Assembly (NCBI GenBank): GCA_050273025.1
Contig: CP158635.1
Span: forward strand, 31,062,001-31,126,000
Direction of reading: 5' to 3'
From: Cenococcum geophilum
Taxonomy: Eukaryota
Length of the DNA stretch: 64,000 nucleotides
Shown: piece by piece, positions 41,030-52,451 of the stretch
Position numbering within the stretch: position 1 is the stretch's first letter
Layout: each line of letters opens with the position of its first letter
Notes under the pieces: model-generated
Seen by the model: the letters and a program-made list of their open reading frames with translations, nothing else
Database searches by the model: none
Told to the model about the DNA's origin: nothing
Translations under genes and position numbers: made by a program

Positions 41030-42662
41030 ATGCCTCAGTTACCTGGAGAAGTGTCCCTACTGACGCTGTATGTTTTGAAGGAGTCGCGAAACAAGCCTCC
41101 TTGCTGACTTGAATTAGCTTTGCTGACATTCACTACTTCTTCGGCCCTCCTACATCTAAACCCCCGCACCACCGCTTTGATAAGACTTCTTATGTCTATC
41201 TTTACCACAATCCCATGCAACAGCAGGGAAGGATGGAGATTGCAAACCATGCCGGAACGCCTGAGCAAGACGCCTTTATGGGCTGTAAGTTGGGACTAAT
41301 CTGGATACAAGCCCTTCAAAGATACGTCTGAACTGACATAACTCTATGATAGATATGGACTCTGTTCGCGTTGAGCAATCTTACAAACATCCAGCTCTAT
41401 TTACCATCACTGTCGATGGATACCGAAGCCAAAATGGAAGCACCCATTCAAGCCCACAACAGGATATGTCGCAGTGGCATCTTCCAGCTCCCGATCTGCG
41501 AAACGATGGAAGGTATATGTATAGGTTGCACACTATTGACATATATTTCTGGACTACTGAAGACTCTACGTTGTTCCTCGATTCGTTGAGGAGAGTTTTG
41601 CAAGCTCACCAGCTACAAATCATAGAGGCACCCACCGCCCATTCTGAGCATCGAGATACCATGAGCCCTGTCGTCGAGAAATTAGAGCAAGCCGTTATCT
41701 CGAAGCCATATCCATCTCGAAGCGACAGTATCAGTACAACACAGTCGTTCAACGGACCACCGACCGTCCCAACCCCAGCAAGCAGCGGTGCTGGCCATTC
41801 TCAAAGTGCTGAAGCACCAACCAGTTTTGCACCCATGGCATACAATCCTGCTTCCCCTGCTGCGCCAGAACCCATAGCACACCGTGAGAAAACACCGCCC
41901 CCACCTGATGCCGAAGGTGGCACTGGTCTTGCAGCCGCAGCAGTTCATGATAATTATGGTCAATTCGGAGCCCCACCGATTCAAGGATCATTTGCTCCGC
42001 AACCCACCATGCACAAACCATACATGCCAGGACCAACTTCACTACAGCCCGTTCAAAATTTTTCTAATAGCCCACCAGTTGGAATTCAGCGTTCCAACAC
42101 GTCTGGTGCATTTCTCCCTCCACCTCCACCTCAAGGTTCCAGTAGTGCTGGTCCTCCACAAGGCCAGCAATATGCGCATTCGTTCGCACCTCCTCCACAA
42201 GATCCTGCCTCGCAGTATGGGCGGAATGGAACACCTCCACAGCCTGGATTGCAACGGCAGGCCACCATGCCATCATCCTACGGTCAGTATGCCAACTATC
42301 CTGGGTCTCCTGGTCACCCTCCGGTCCAATCACCAGGACTCCCACCAACTCCTGGTCATGCACCGCTTCATTCACCGCTTCATTCACCAGGATACCCTCC
42401 TGCTCCTGCGTATGCTCCAGCTGCATCGCCTGGCCTTCCGCCGGCAAGTTATTCACAGTACCCTTATGGACAATCGCAGGCTGCACCTGAAGCATACCAA
42501 ATCCATAACAAGCTCTACAGACCAACGGAAGCAGAGGCTAAGGCGCACGGGAAGAAGTCTGTTGGTGCAGGGCCAGGACAGCAACCAGGTCGATTAGAGC
42601 AACGAGCAGACAAGCTCGAGAAGGGTGTAGGCCGGTTTCTGAAGAAGTTGGATAAATTCTAG
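41030..42662 (+). CDS. Conserved fungal hypothetical protein; globular N-terminus, Pro-rich C-terminus
   Basis: Exons 41030-41067, 41118-41284, 41353-42662 with canonical introns; HHRFDK.SYVYLY and YRLHTIDIYFW motifs. Confidence 0.85.
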
Positions 42663-43390
42663 TGATGAGTTGGATTTCGCCCAGACTAAGGGAATCGTGT
42701 TAGATTTTATTAATGAAAGCGCAAAGGCTGTTGATAATATGGATGAAAGATCTGGCACAGTATATTTTCAGGTATATACCCATAATCTCGGGAGGTCTGG
42801 CTAGGATTCCCGTTGGATAAAGTTAGGGCGTTTAGAGGAGAATCATTGCCCAATTCAATGCATCCGCAGCTTAACAAGCCCATTGGCGTTAGTTAGCGAC
42901 CCAAAATAGCAACACGTTCAAGCGGGCAACGACCGATGCTGACGAGGGCATGGGGCGCAATATTTTCGATTTATGAGCAACTACTACTCTCTTATATCAG
43001 CGAGCAGTTCGCAAAACATATTGCGCTCGCAACAGTGATTGTCGTCGAAGTCTTGCGTGCGATGGCTGCGACCTACAGCCGCCCTTCGGGATTTTGCCCC
43101 TGCTGCTGAGCCACCACTCGCCCAGACCCATTGCGCAACCCGCAACATCAATCCTAGCCTCCATCATCAACACGCCCCTCTGTGCTAGTCCTTCGCTGCT
43201 CGTGTTCTTGTTCTCCTGGCTTAATTGAATCAAATCGAGAGATACACTTCTGTCGTTCCGAAAATCGCACTTCGATAGCTCAGCTGCAATATAACGTCCT
43301 TGGTAATTGAAATAAATTCCGGAATCCTGCGTCCAGACACTTTCACATACAGCCTTCTTGCATGACTGCCTTCGAGCGTCCGCAAACAAG

Positions 43391-44754
43391 ATGCGGTCAC
43401 CCGTAGCATCTGGATGGGATACTTCCTTAAGCAAGCGGGATCAAAGCAAGGACTCCGGCAGCAAAAGCAATACAGTCGTAATCGTAAGCCCAATTTTCGC
43501 CAAACCTTCGCCAATCTTAACTATCGAACGTGATAATAGTTCAACAGCTAACTGAAGTCGCCACAGGTTACTGTCATAGTCATCTCTGTCTTCGTCGTCC
43601 TTATCATTGTCTTCTTCGTATACCGTTACTTCCGCGCCAAGCGAATCTCTCACAGCTCGAGCTCTTCCACAAAATCAAAATCGAAGTCAAAATGGCGATG
43701 GCGTCTACGGCCGCGGACATCCGAGTACTCATCTCGCCTTCAAAGCGATGAGCTCGAACGGGGTAGTCGGAGTGGAAGTCGTGACAGGGAGATGACTGCG
43801 TCGGGATCCAACGGCACAACCACTTCTGGTGGTGCGGGAGTCGATCGAAACACATCAGTACGCAGCATCATGACATTACCAGCATACTCTCCTGCTGCAC
43901 GTGAGAACGAACGGATATTGGGACGTGAAGGCGAGCGAGCGGGCATAGATACTGTTGTGGAATTTCCGGAGACAGTTGATGAAGAGGAGGAGCGCAGGGA
44001 GGGCGAGATGGAATCACTCTACCAGATTCGCCTTGCGCGGCGGGCCGAGCAACGTGAAAGAGAAGAGCGACGACGACTACGCAGAGAGGCGCGCGCAAGG
44101 GGTGACACAGAAACACTCGCGGAATTACGACGCAGAGCGGAGAGTGCCGCGTCTGAAAATCTATCTAGCATGCTGATCGTTGAGCATCAAGCGCAGAATC
44201 GCGAGCGACGCGTCTCAAGCGTCCAATATGCGGAACTAGGTGTTGCAAGACATGATGGTACCCGGCTGCGTGCTAACTCTGCGGAAAGCGATAACCGCCC
44301 ACTACTAGACTCGGCCGCGTCTATCGGGGGAGCCAGCACTAGGAGTAGGCCGCTGAGTGGTAGGACTCTGTCAACCCATTATCGTGGCCCTTCTGCTTCA
44401 TCTGTCCTCTCCATCTCAACCCGAGCATCAGACGAGTTCGAGTTCCCTCAAGCACATCGCACTGAGAGTGGTGGAAGCGGTAACGATGATTTCGAAATCG
44501 TCTCGCTTACCCAGTCGCGTTCTCGGTCTGCTAGTCGAGGTCCCGCAACACCTGGTCTTGAGATACCTCACACAGATCCTCCAAATTACGATGATCATAC
44601 CGGATTTGAAGAGGCCCCGCCATATGAAAGTCCTATCAACACACAACTGCCGACGGTTGAGCGGTTACCCTCCATACAAATCACCGCTGAATTAACCCCG
44701 GTGGAGGGGAGGTCAACGGAATCACTTCATGGGGAGCAACCGCAGAATAGGTGA
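43391..44754 (+). CDS. Single-pass membrane protein with coiled-coil cytoplasmic tail
   Basis: Intron 43484-43566. Hydrophobic VVIVTVIVISVFVVLIIVFFVY; DRNTSVRSIMTLPAY; PPNY and PPYE motifs. Confidence 0.85.
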
Positions 44755-45291
44755 TTACGAGAAAGAAATAAGGAAAAGAAGGATGATATAAGCAAGGGGA
44801 GACTGGGCGTTATTAGCGACCTTTCGTGGAAGGAATATTGGAATTTCCGTATTTGGTTAATATGAAGCCATGAATTTATCTAGGAGATTGTATCATTTCT
44901 TAACGATGTAATGGGACTAACAAGCTGGCCTGTGATATTCCTGGTATGTACAGTAGGTTCGCTACCTAAACTTTTGGCGTACATGTGTGGCGGAATTGGT
45001 TACCGGATACTGTGTTTGGCATACATAATCTGGCGTATGACCCCTCACCTGAGGCTTTAAATAGTACATCATACATTTTCCAAGCATTCAGACCTTAAAT
45101 TTCGCTATGAAGAGGATCTATATGCTTTCAGTAATAGCAATGAAGCTAGCATGGTAGCTCATAATTGCTCTTCAGGCATACATACTCCGTCACTGTTCGG
45201 CAAACTAGCCCCACCACTCCACTTCGAAGGCCAGCCACAACCTCCATAGTAATCGGCTTACATCGTTTCCCTCTCCACCAATACCCCCACA

Positions 45292-47287
45292 ATGCCCGAA
45301 GAATCTAAACTCACTGATCCCTCCACTACCGCCGAAGCTGCTGCCGAGGTGGTTCAAGAAGCAGCGCAGATCTCTGCCGGCGTAGAAGATGAGGAAGGCT
45401 CGAGCAGTGGCGAGGAAGCCGGCGCGGCGGGTGCAGCAGAAGGCACAGAAGGCGCGAAGAAGAAAAAGAGGAGGGGCCGGAAACACAAGATCAAGAATGC
45501 GCTGATGGGCAAGAAGGATGGCGAGGAGGGCGACACTGGTCCAGCATCAAAGCTGACCAAGGAGCAGTTGCAAATGCTGCTCGATTCTAACCCGGCGCTG
45601 CGGAATGAGCTGGAGGGACAGGCAGGGGTAGGCGTTGGGGTTGAGGGTAAGGGGAAGAGAAAGATGGATGTGGAGGCTATGCTTAAAAAGCTGAATGTGA
45701 GCGAGCTGTTGACGGGTATGGCGCCTGGTGGGAAGAACAAGAAGGATATGGCGTCGCACGCTTTTTGGCGGACGCAGCCTGTGCCAAGTTTCGAAGAGGC
45801 CGGATTAGTGGAGGACGGCCCAATTAAGATGATTGAGATTGACAAGGTCGAGAAAGAGCCGAGCCAGATGTATCCTGGGTTTGAGTGGGTTACAATGGAT
45901 TTGAGTGATGAAAATCAGGTGTGTGCCGTGTCAGGATAGGGAATTATTAGGCTGAGCTGACCGAGAATAGCTTGAGGAGGTCTACGATCTTCTGTCCAAT
46001 CATTACGTCGAAGATGACGAGGCTATGTTCCGATTCAAATACTCGAGCTCATTCATCAATTGGTATGTCACCTTCTCTAACTTCCTCTATACTGAAATCT
46101 AATATAACTAGGACCCTCAAAGCTCCAGGCTGGCGGCAGGAGTGGCACGTAGGTGTTCGCGCATCTGAATCTCGAAAACTTGTCGCATTTATCTCTGGTA
46201 TCCCCGTTGATCTACGTGTACGCAAAAATGTTCTCCACTGCTCCGAAATCAACTTCCTCTGTGTGCACAAAAAGCTCCGGTCAAAACGTTTAACCCCCGT
46301 CCTGATCAAGGAGATTACCCGCCGCTGCTACCTTGTTGGTGTTTTCCAGGCTATCTACACCGCCGGCGTCCTAATACCAACACCCGTCTCGACATGCCGG
46401 TATTTTCATCGGGCATTGGATTGGGAAAAGTTGCATGAGGTCGGGTTCTCGCCGCTCCCACTAAACAGCACGAAGGAGAGGCAGTTGGTCAAGTATAGAC
46501 TTCCGAACAAGACATCGACACCAGGTCTGCGACCCATGGAAGCCAAAGACATCGAAAATGTGCTAGACCTTTTAATGCGCTACCTTTCGCGTTCAGACCT
46601 AGCGCAAGTATTTACCAAAGAAGAGGTCGAACATTGGCTATTGCACAACAAAGAATCTCAACCGAAGGAACAAGTCATCTGGTCATATGTTGTTGAGGAC
46701 CCCAAGACAAGAAAGATCACGGATTTCTTCTCATATTACCTTCTGGAGAGCACAGTGATAGGGAGCAAAAAGCACAAGGTTGTGCGAGCAGCATATCTTT
46801 TCTACTATGCAACAGAGGCAGCGTTTGACAAGGACAAGAGCGTGTTGAAGACAAGGCTGAATGCCCTAGTGAAGGATGCGCTGATTCTGGCTAAAAATGT
46901 GAGTTCCTCTATCCCAACTTAAAGGGAAACATCAATTGCGACGTGGTCTTCATCCACCCAAAGAAAAAAGGCTGGAAATGTTTTACCACGATTTTTTAGT
47001 CACCTTGATTAACAGAAATGCTTGTCTTCATCGTACGCGGGAGAAAAAGTGCGATTCTTGGATAATGCTAAATTTTCCCACTTTCACAGGCTAAATTCGA
47101 TGTCTTCAATGCTCTTACTCTCCTTGACAACCCTCTCTTCCTGGAAGAACAGAGATTTGGTGCTGGCGATGGTCAATTGCATTACTATCTTTTCAATTAC
47201 CGCACGGCGCCAATTCTAGGAGGTGTGGACACTAAGAACCAGGCGAATGATAAATTCATGGGTGGCGTAGGTGTGGTGATGCTTTGA
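45292..47287 (+). CDS. NMT1: Glycylpeptide N-tetradecanoyltransferase (N-myristoyltransferase)
   Basis: Exons 45292-45918, 45971-46062, 46112-46898, 47090-47287. [30 protein letters not shown] and C-terminal GVGVVML. Confidence 0.97.
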
Positions 47288-47559
47288 GGGATGGGTAGGG
47301 AATTATATCCAAAAGGACTTTATTTGAGCAAACGGAGCACGGCATGAGCATGGAAAGCATGCGTAGCCATTGGCCCCATTGCCATTAGGACTTGAGTCCA
47401 TTTAGGATTAGTATGACAAGCTCTTATCCCACAAAAATGAAATGCCGCTGCAAGTGTAGGTGAAAAGGTCTATCTGAACCTGTCAAACTCACAACCAAAT
47501 GTCTCCAAAGACGCGAGTGATCACTGCAGGGGGGAAGAAAGGAGTTTTGGAGGCGCTAT

Positions 47560-47608
47560 CCCGTGTCACGGAACAAATCTTTTGCGAAGTGTCTGATTCA
47601 TGAGATAA
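47560..47608 (+). repeat. 49-bp copy of 3717-3765 in the RTC5 upstream region
   Basis: 44/49 identical; all mismatches are transitions. Confidence 0.85.
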
Positions 47609-47697
47609 CCCACCATACATCAACCTCACGAATAGATCAAGCAGGCAATAGCCACAAAGCTTTAATCCATGCATCAACCCTTGTGCACATCCACATT

Positions 47698-49684
47698 ATG
47701 GGTCAAGGAGGTTCTACAGAAGCCCCTCCTCTATCTCTAGGTATCTCAACCTGAGCTTGTCTCACTATATGTTGCTAGGGCTGCATCACCTGTGAGCTCC
47801 CATATTACTAGACCGCCAGCTAAATGCATCCTAGAACAGCTCAGTCACGCCCTCGCTCACCGATTTGCTCAAAAGTGCTACACTCCTCTCGAACTATACT
47901 GCTTCAACTCTGTCTTCCGCTCACTCGCTGACTCTGAGTCCGGAGTCCGGTACTGGAGTGAGACAACACTATGCCGTTTCCTCGAACTGCCTGATGCCTT
48001 GGGCGCTGGATCTGTGATCTTCCATATGGCGAGCTATTTAGGTGCATTTCCGTTCCCTAGTCAGGCTCCGGCCATACTCACGAGCGGGGCACTCTTGAAA
48101 GTGACCACAATATTTACGGAGAGGTATGGAGCTGTTATAAAGAAGAGAGGACGGGAGATGTGGTTACGAGAGCTATATCGGAGTATGGCAGTCTATGATC
48201 GTGGTGTTACCATTGGAATAGAAGATGAAGAGAAAACCAAGAGCGGGGAAAGGCCAAGCAGAGATATTAATACTGATACTAGTGGAGGTGGTATTAAGGG
48301 CTTCGTTATAGATGAAGCTATAGATGATGAAGATGAAGAGCAAGACGACGACGAACTGGTACTGGCCGCGCTGGACTCAATGGATGCTACTGAGGTATTT
48401 AAACACGGCGAGAAATCAAATGTTCATCACTCAATAATTCCAACGGATAATCTCCTCAAACTTGTCGAATTGCTTCTTCTCATTGCACCCATCGACCCCC
48501 AGGAAAGCGTGTCAACATTCGCTACCCAGATATTAGATAAACGAGTTGCAGAGCTGAGGAGAACTGCAAATGATATCCTATCCTCATTTGGCGTGGAAAA
48601 GAACCCTGGGGTTACTTTCAAGACCTTTAATGTTGTCGTCTCTTCCTCTTTACCATACCTCTTTGATGGGCTGAACCCTTTATTTGAGCACTTTCTCTTC
48701 GCAAAAGACTTTAATCTATCCAAACGAAAACCCTCTGCAACCCCAACAACCGAAACAACTCCAGTAATTCCATCAGCTAAAGCATCTTCGGCCCCAGAAC
48801 CAATCCTTCGCAATCCAGGTGAAATACTAGACCTTAACGTCCTCAGCCAACTTTCCTTCTTTATAAAAGGCAATAATCTTTTCCGCCGTCTGCGTCCTCT
48901 CTACTCCGGCAACGCTGCCGGCTTTAGCATGGGGTCCTTTGAAAAATCCGTCTTTAATTGGCGTGCGCCCTCCATCCTTCTCGTCTCCGGAACACTACTC
49001 CCTGCGAGCCCCACCAGCGCCCGTGAGCGTACCCTCTCCGACTCTCTCCCTCCTGCTCGGCTCCCAAGCAGCCTCTCTCTCACCCCGTCATTAAATCTCG
49101 AAAGCACAGCCCTTACATTTGGTGCTTACATTCCCGTTCCTTGGAAACAATCGCACAAAACCTGCTTCAGCGACTCCTCAACAGTACTATTCCAACTATC
49201 TCCTACACATGACATCTTCAAGGCCTCAAATTTCAGTACAGACTACGTCTACTTTAACAAACCCCCCACGCGACCTTCAGGGCTAGGATTTGGCTCTGCA
49301 GTCCCTCATCAGACCCAATTGCAACAGGCATCCCACTACAGCTCTCATATCTCGCTCGGCCCTGTATCCCTGCATCTTGACGACGCGCTCGAATTCGCCA
49401 TCTTTACACATCACTCTTCGGGTGGTGGCTCCTTTCACACGTCGCAACTTCCGTGTCGTAAAAATAAGGACTGGCAGGACCGGTTTGAGATCGAAGCGTT
49501 GGAGGTATGGGGATGTGGTGGGGATGAGGAGGCTGAGGCGCAGAGGAGAGAATGGGCATGGGAGAAGCGAGAGGCGGAGATGAGGCGGAGGATTAATTTG
49601 GGCACAGGTAATATTGATGCTGATAGAGAGTTGTTGAAGTTGGCGGGGTTAATTGGAGCTGATAGGAGCGGTGGGAGTATGTGA
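47698..49684 (+). CDS. RTC5: TLDc-domain protein, Rtc5-like
   Basis: Exon 1 47698-47740 (MGQGGS..), intron 47741-47834, exon 2 47835-49684. [26 protein letters not shown] and [10 protein letters not shown] motifs. Confidence 0.9.
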
Positions 49685-50003
49685 GATGCATGTGGTGAGG
49701 ATAGGAAATTTGATGAAGTTGATGGAGTGGGCAAATTCGGGTTTGGCGTTTGGGAGTTTTGGGGTGGCAGCGGCCATGATAATAATACATGACTGCAAAA
49801 TATTCTATTGAGTAGTTTATATGATCCGCAACATCCCTCCTTCCGACACATAACTACGAAGGTCCCTGTAAGGGATTTCGAGAGCATGACATGATGATAG
49901 TTGAGAGTGATTCATGATTTCCTCCAGCAATACTCTATGAACGCCATTTAGTGCTAGCATATACTACACAATATACAAATCCTCCCTACACCAAACAACC
50001 GAT

Positions 50004-50493
50004 TTATCCTTGCCTACAACCTTTGTCAGTGCCATTTTATTTTTATATTGAGTTAAGTGCATGCCTCTGTTTATGCTTCTGATTCTTACTGCAGATAATA
50101 TAGACGTATTTCCCGCCTTTCCTCCTAACACTCTATTCCTAACATCAACCCTCTGTCCCTAGGGAAAAAGCGCCCAGATCTACGCGAAAACTCACCTTGC
50201 ACCCATCGCACAGCTTCTTGACCGAACTCCGGACCTGTTGCGGGATCATTAACCCCGTTCTCATCCTTCCAGCATAGAGAAAGGATTCAACCAACCTTCA
50301 TCCCTCTAACCTGTCCAAACCCCATCCCGCACTTTAGTGACCCTTGTATCATCGGCCGCGCAGCAATCGTACCAGGAGCCCGCCGTGCTGTGCTGGGCGC
50401 GTGTGTATAGAAGAGAGTTCGAGTAACATTGAGAAAGGCGCGCGGGGAGAAGAGCGTTTGCCGGAGCGGAAGGAGGAACGTTCGGGGGAGCAT
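50004..50493 (-). CDS. RTC6: Mitochondrial ribosomal protein bL36m, about 104 aa, 4 exons
   Basis: Exons 50493-50296, 50234-50196, 50132-50065, 50013-50004. MKVRSSVKKLCDGCKSVRRK..YIICSKNQKHKQRQG after an N-terminal presequence. Confidence 0.9.
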
Positions 50494-51956
50494 TGTGGTT
50501 GTGAGAGCTTTAGAATAGTATGTAAGGGTAATTATTGACGTCTATTAGGCTCTAGGCTAAGAGACTATCATTTGATATGAGAAGTGGCGTAGTGGGAATG
50601 CGATGCGGGAGATGAGATTTGGGATAATGATTTGGTGGTATTGACTGCCCGGCTGATCGTCCGTCAGCGAAAAAATCACGTGTTCAGCCAGCCACCTGGG
50701 GCAGATTCGCGTATATCCACAGCGCCACCAGTGCCAAGCTGTGGATATACGCGTATCAAGGGCCGCCCGCTGATCGAGCCGTTGATCGACGCCGACCGTA
50801 GGGTAATTAGGGCCATTAGGGCCCCAATTATATATAAAAAAGGCCTCCCTGCCTAATCCTCAATCGCGGCAGCACGTCTGCTATTATTGACCCGAGTTTA
50901 CGAGTGGTCTATTACTTTCAGGTCCCAAATTTCAAACTCTGCCAAGCCTGCTTTTAATTGGTTTAAATTTTTGCTAAGCGTGCTTTTGATTGGGTTAAAA
51001 AAAAGTTGCGGGCGGTATTTACCTGTAGAATACGGAGGCAGCAGGCAAAAGTACCTGGCCCCCCCTGCGCCACAAATGCGCCACCAATAAGCCACAAAAC
51101 TACTTTCTTGGCGTTCCAGATTAGGAAGGAGGCTGGTATTGATATAGGATTACTGCTTCTGCCCACTACCTCGTCCACTACCTCGTCCACCACCTCGCCC
51201 ACCACCTCGCTGTGGCTCCTGCTGCTGTGGCTCCTGCTGCTGTTGTGGCTCTTGCTCGGGCTCAATAAACGTCTCATTGAGTAGCTCGATTGGCAGGCGC
51301 CGTCGTAGGTTTCGTCGTGGCTCTGGAGGTGGAGCTTATGGTGGTTTGGGAGGTGATTTGGGAGGTGATTCGAGAGGTGGCTCTAGAGGCTCTTAGGGTG
51401 GTTCTTGAGATATTTAATGAGCTTCTTGTATCGCGAAGATAGCAGTAAGGGCAGCACCAGCAGCGCTCTTAGCTGCTACTGCTGGTGTCTTCTTTGGAGC
51501 ACGCTTGTTACGGACACTTTAAGTACAATGTTACGACTACTTGGGGAAGAGTCGGAAGAAGCTAGTTGGTTAATTCAGGCACAGTCCAGAATAGAGCCGG
51601 TGGAGCTATGTGACGAGGAATGGTAACCGAGGTTACGTAATATAATCTATATAATCTATAGGATCTATATAATCTATAATAGAGCAGATAGAGCACACGT
51701 ATATTACGTACAAGAAGGATTTTATAGAAGTATAGTTGTATATTTAAGGACCCTTAGTCCCTACCTAGATAGTTCCTTCCTTATAGTAATTCTTAGAATA
51801 TAATTAGAGTTAATCTATTAGGTAACTACTCCACTAGTTATTATTACATTGTTAACTTTAATTTATATTACCTATATACCTAGCCTAATAATAAGCCTAT
51901 TATAGTACCTGCTAAGGTTCTGTTATATAATTACTACCTAGTTATAGTATTAAATA

Positions 51957-52451
51957 ACGTAGGTGACAGGGTTTTGACGGTGTGATGAGTTTTGACGGTT
52001 TTAAGGTTTCCCATACAGTTAAAACTCTTTATAACGATGCGGGTTGTACGGCCGACCGTATCGTAATACCAATGGTATTGTTATACATGGAGTCACGTGT
52101 TAGGTTAGTAAGCAAGAAAAAGGAGGCTAACGCGTGGCTAAGCATCCTAAAAGGGCGTAGGGCATCTACTTCACGGGCCAAGTAGGACCCCTCCCATACA
52201 AAATCTCTACTGGTTATAACGATTTTGGTAGAGAAAACTTAACGATATTGTAAATAGTCAGTATATCGTAATATTACACCAAAAAATTTTTAATTAAGGG
52301 GTGTAGATCGTAATATAGAGTATATCGTTGTAATCAAATATCGTACTAAAGAGTTTCGACTGTACAAACTTTGTCTGTGTCCTCTCGCTTAAAGTTTTGA
52401 TGTTCAAAACCGTCAAAACCCATCACACCGTCAAAACCCTGTCACCCACGT
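51957..52451. mobile_element. Fot1/pogo-type MITE
   Basis: TIR of about 48 bp, ACGT(A/G)GGTGACAGGGTTTTGACGGTGTGATG..; TA TSD. The empty site is seen in copy 1 at about 27520. Confidence 0.9.
52016..52362. mobile_element. Second Tc1/mariner-pogo type MITE nested in the first
   Basis: TIR CAGT(TA/CG)AAACTCTTTA..ACGAT with TA on both sides. Confidence 0.85.

Noticed and set aside
41371..49887. Many overlapping or antisense ORFs in the gene island
   Set aside because: Shadow frames of GC-balanced real genes with no recognisable motifs.
47698..50493. RTC5 next to RTC6 as a telomere-capping cluster
   Set aside because: The shared name comes from a yeast screen; the proteins are a TLDc protein and a mitoribosomal protein.
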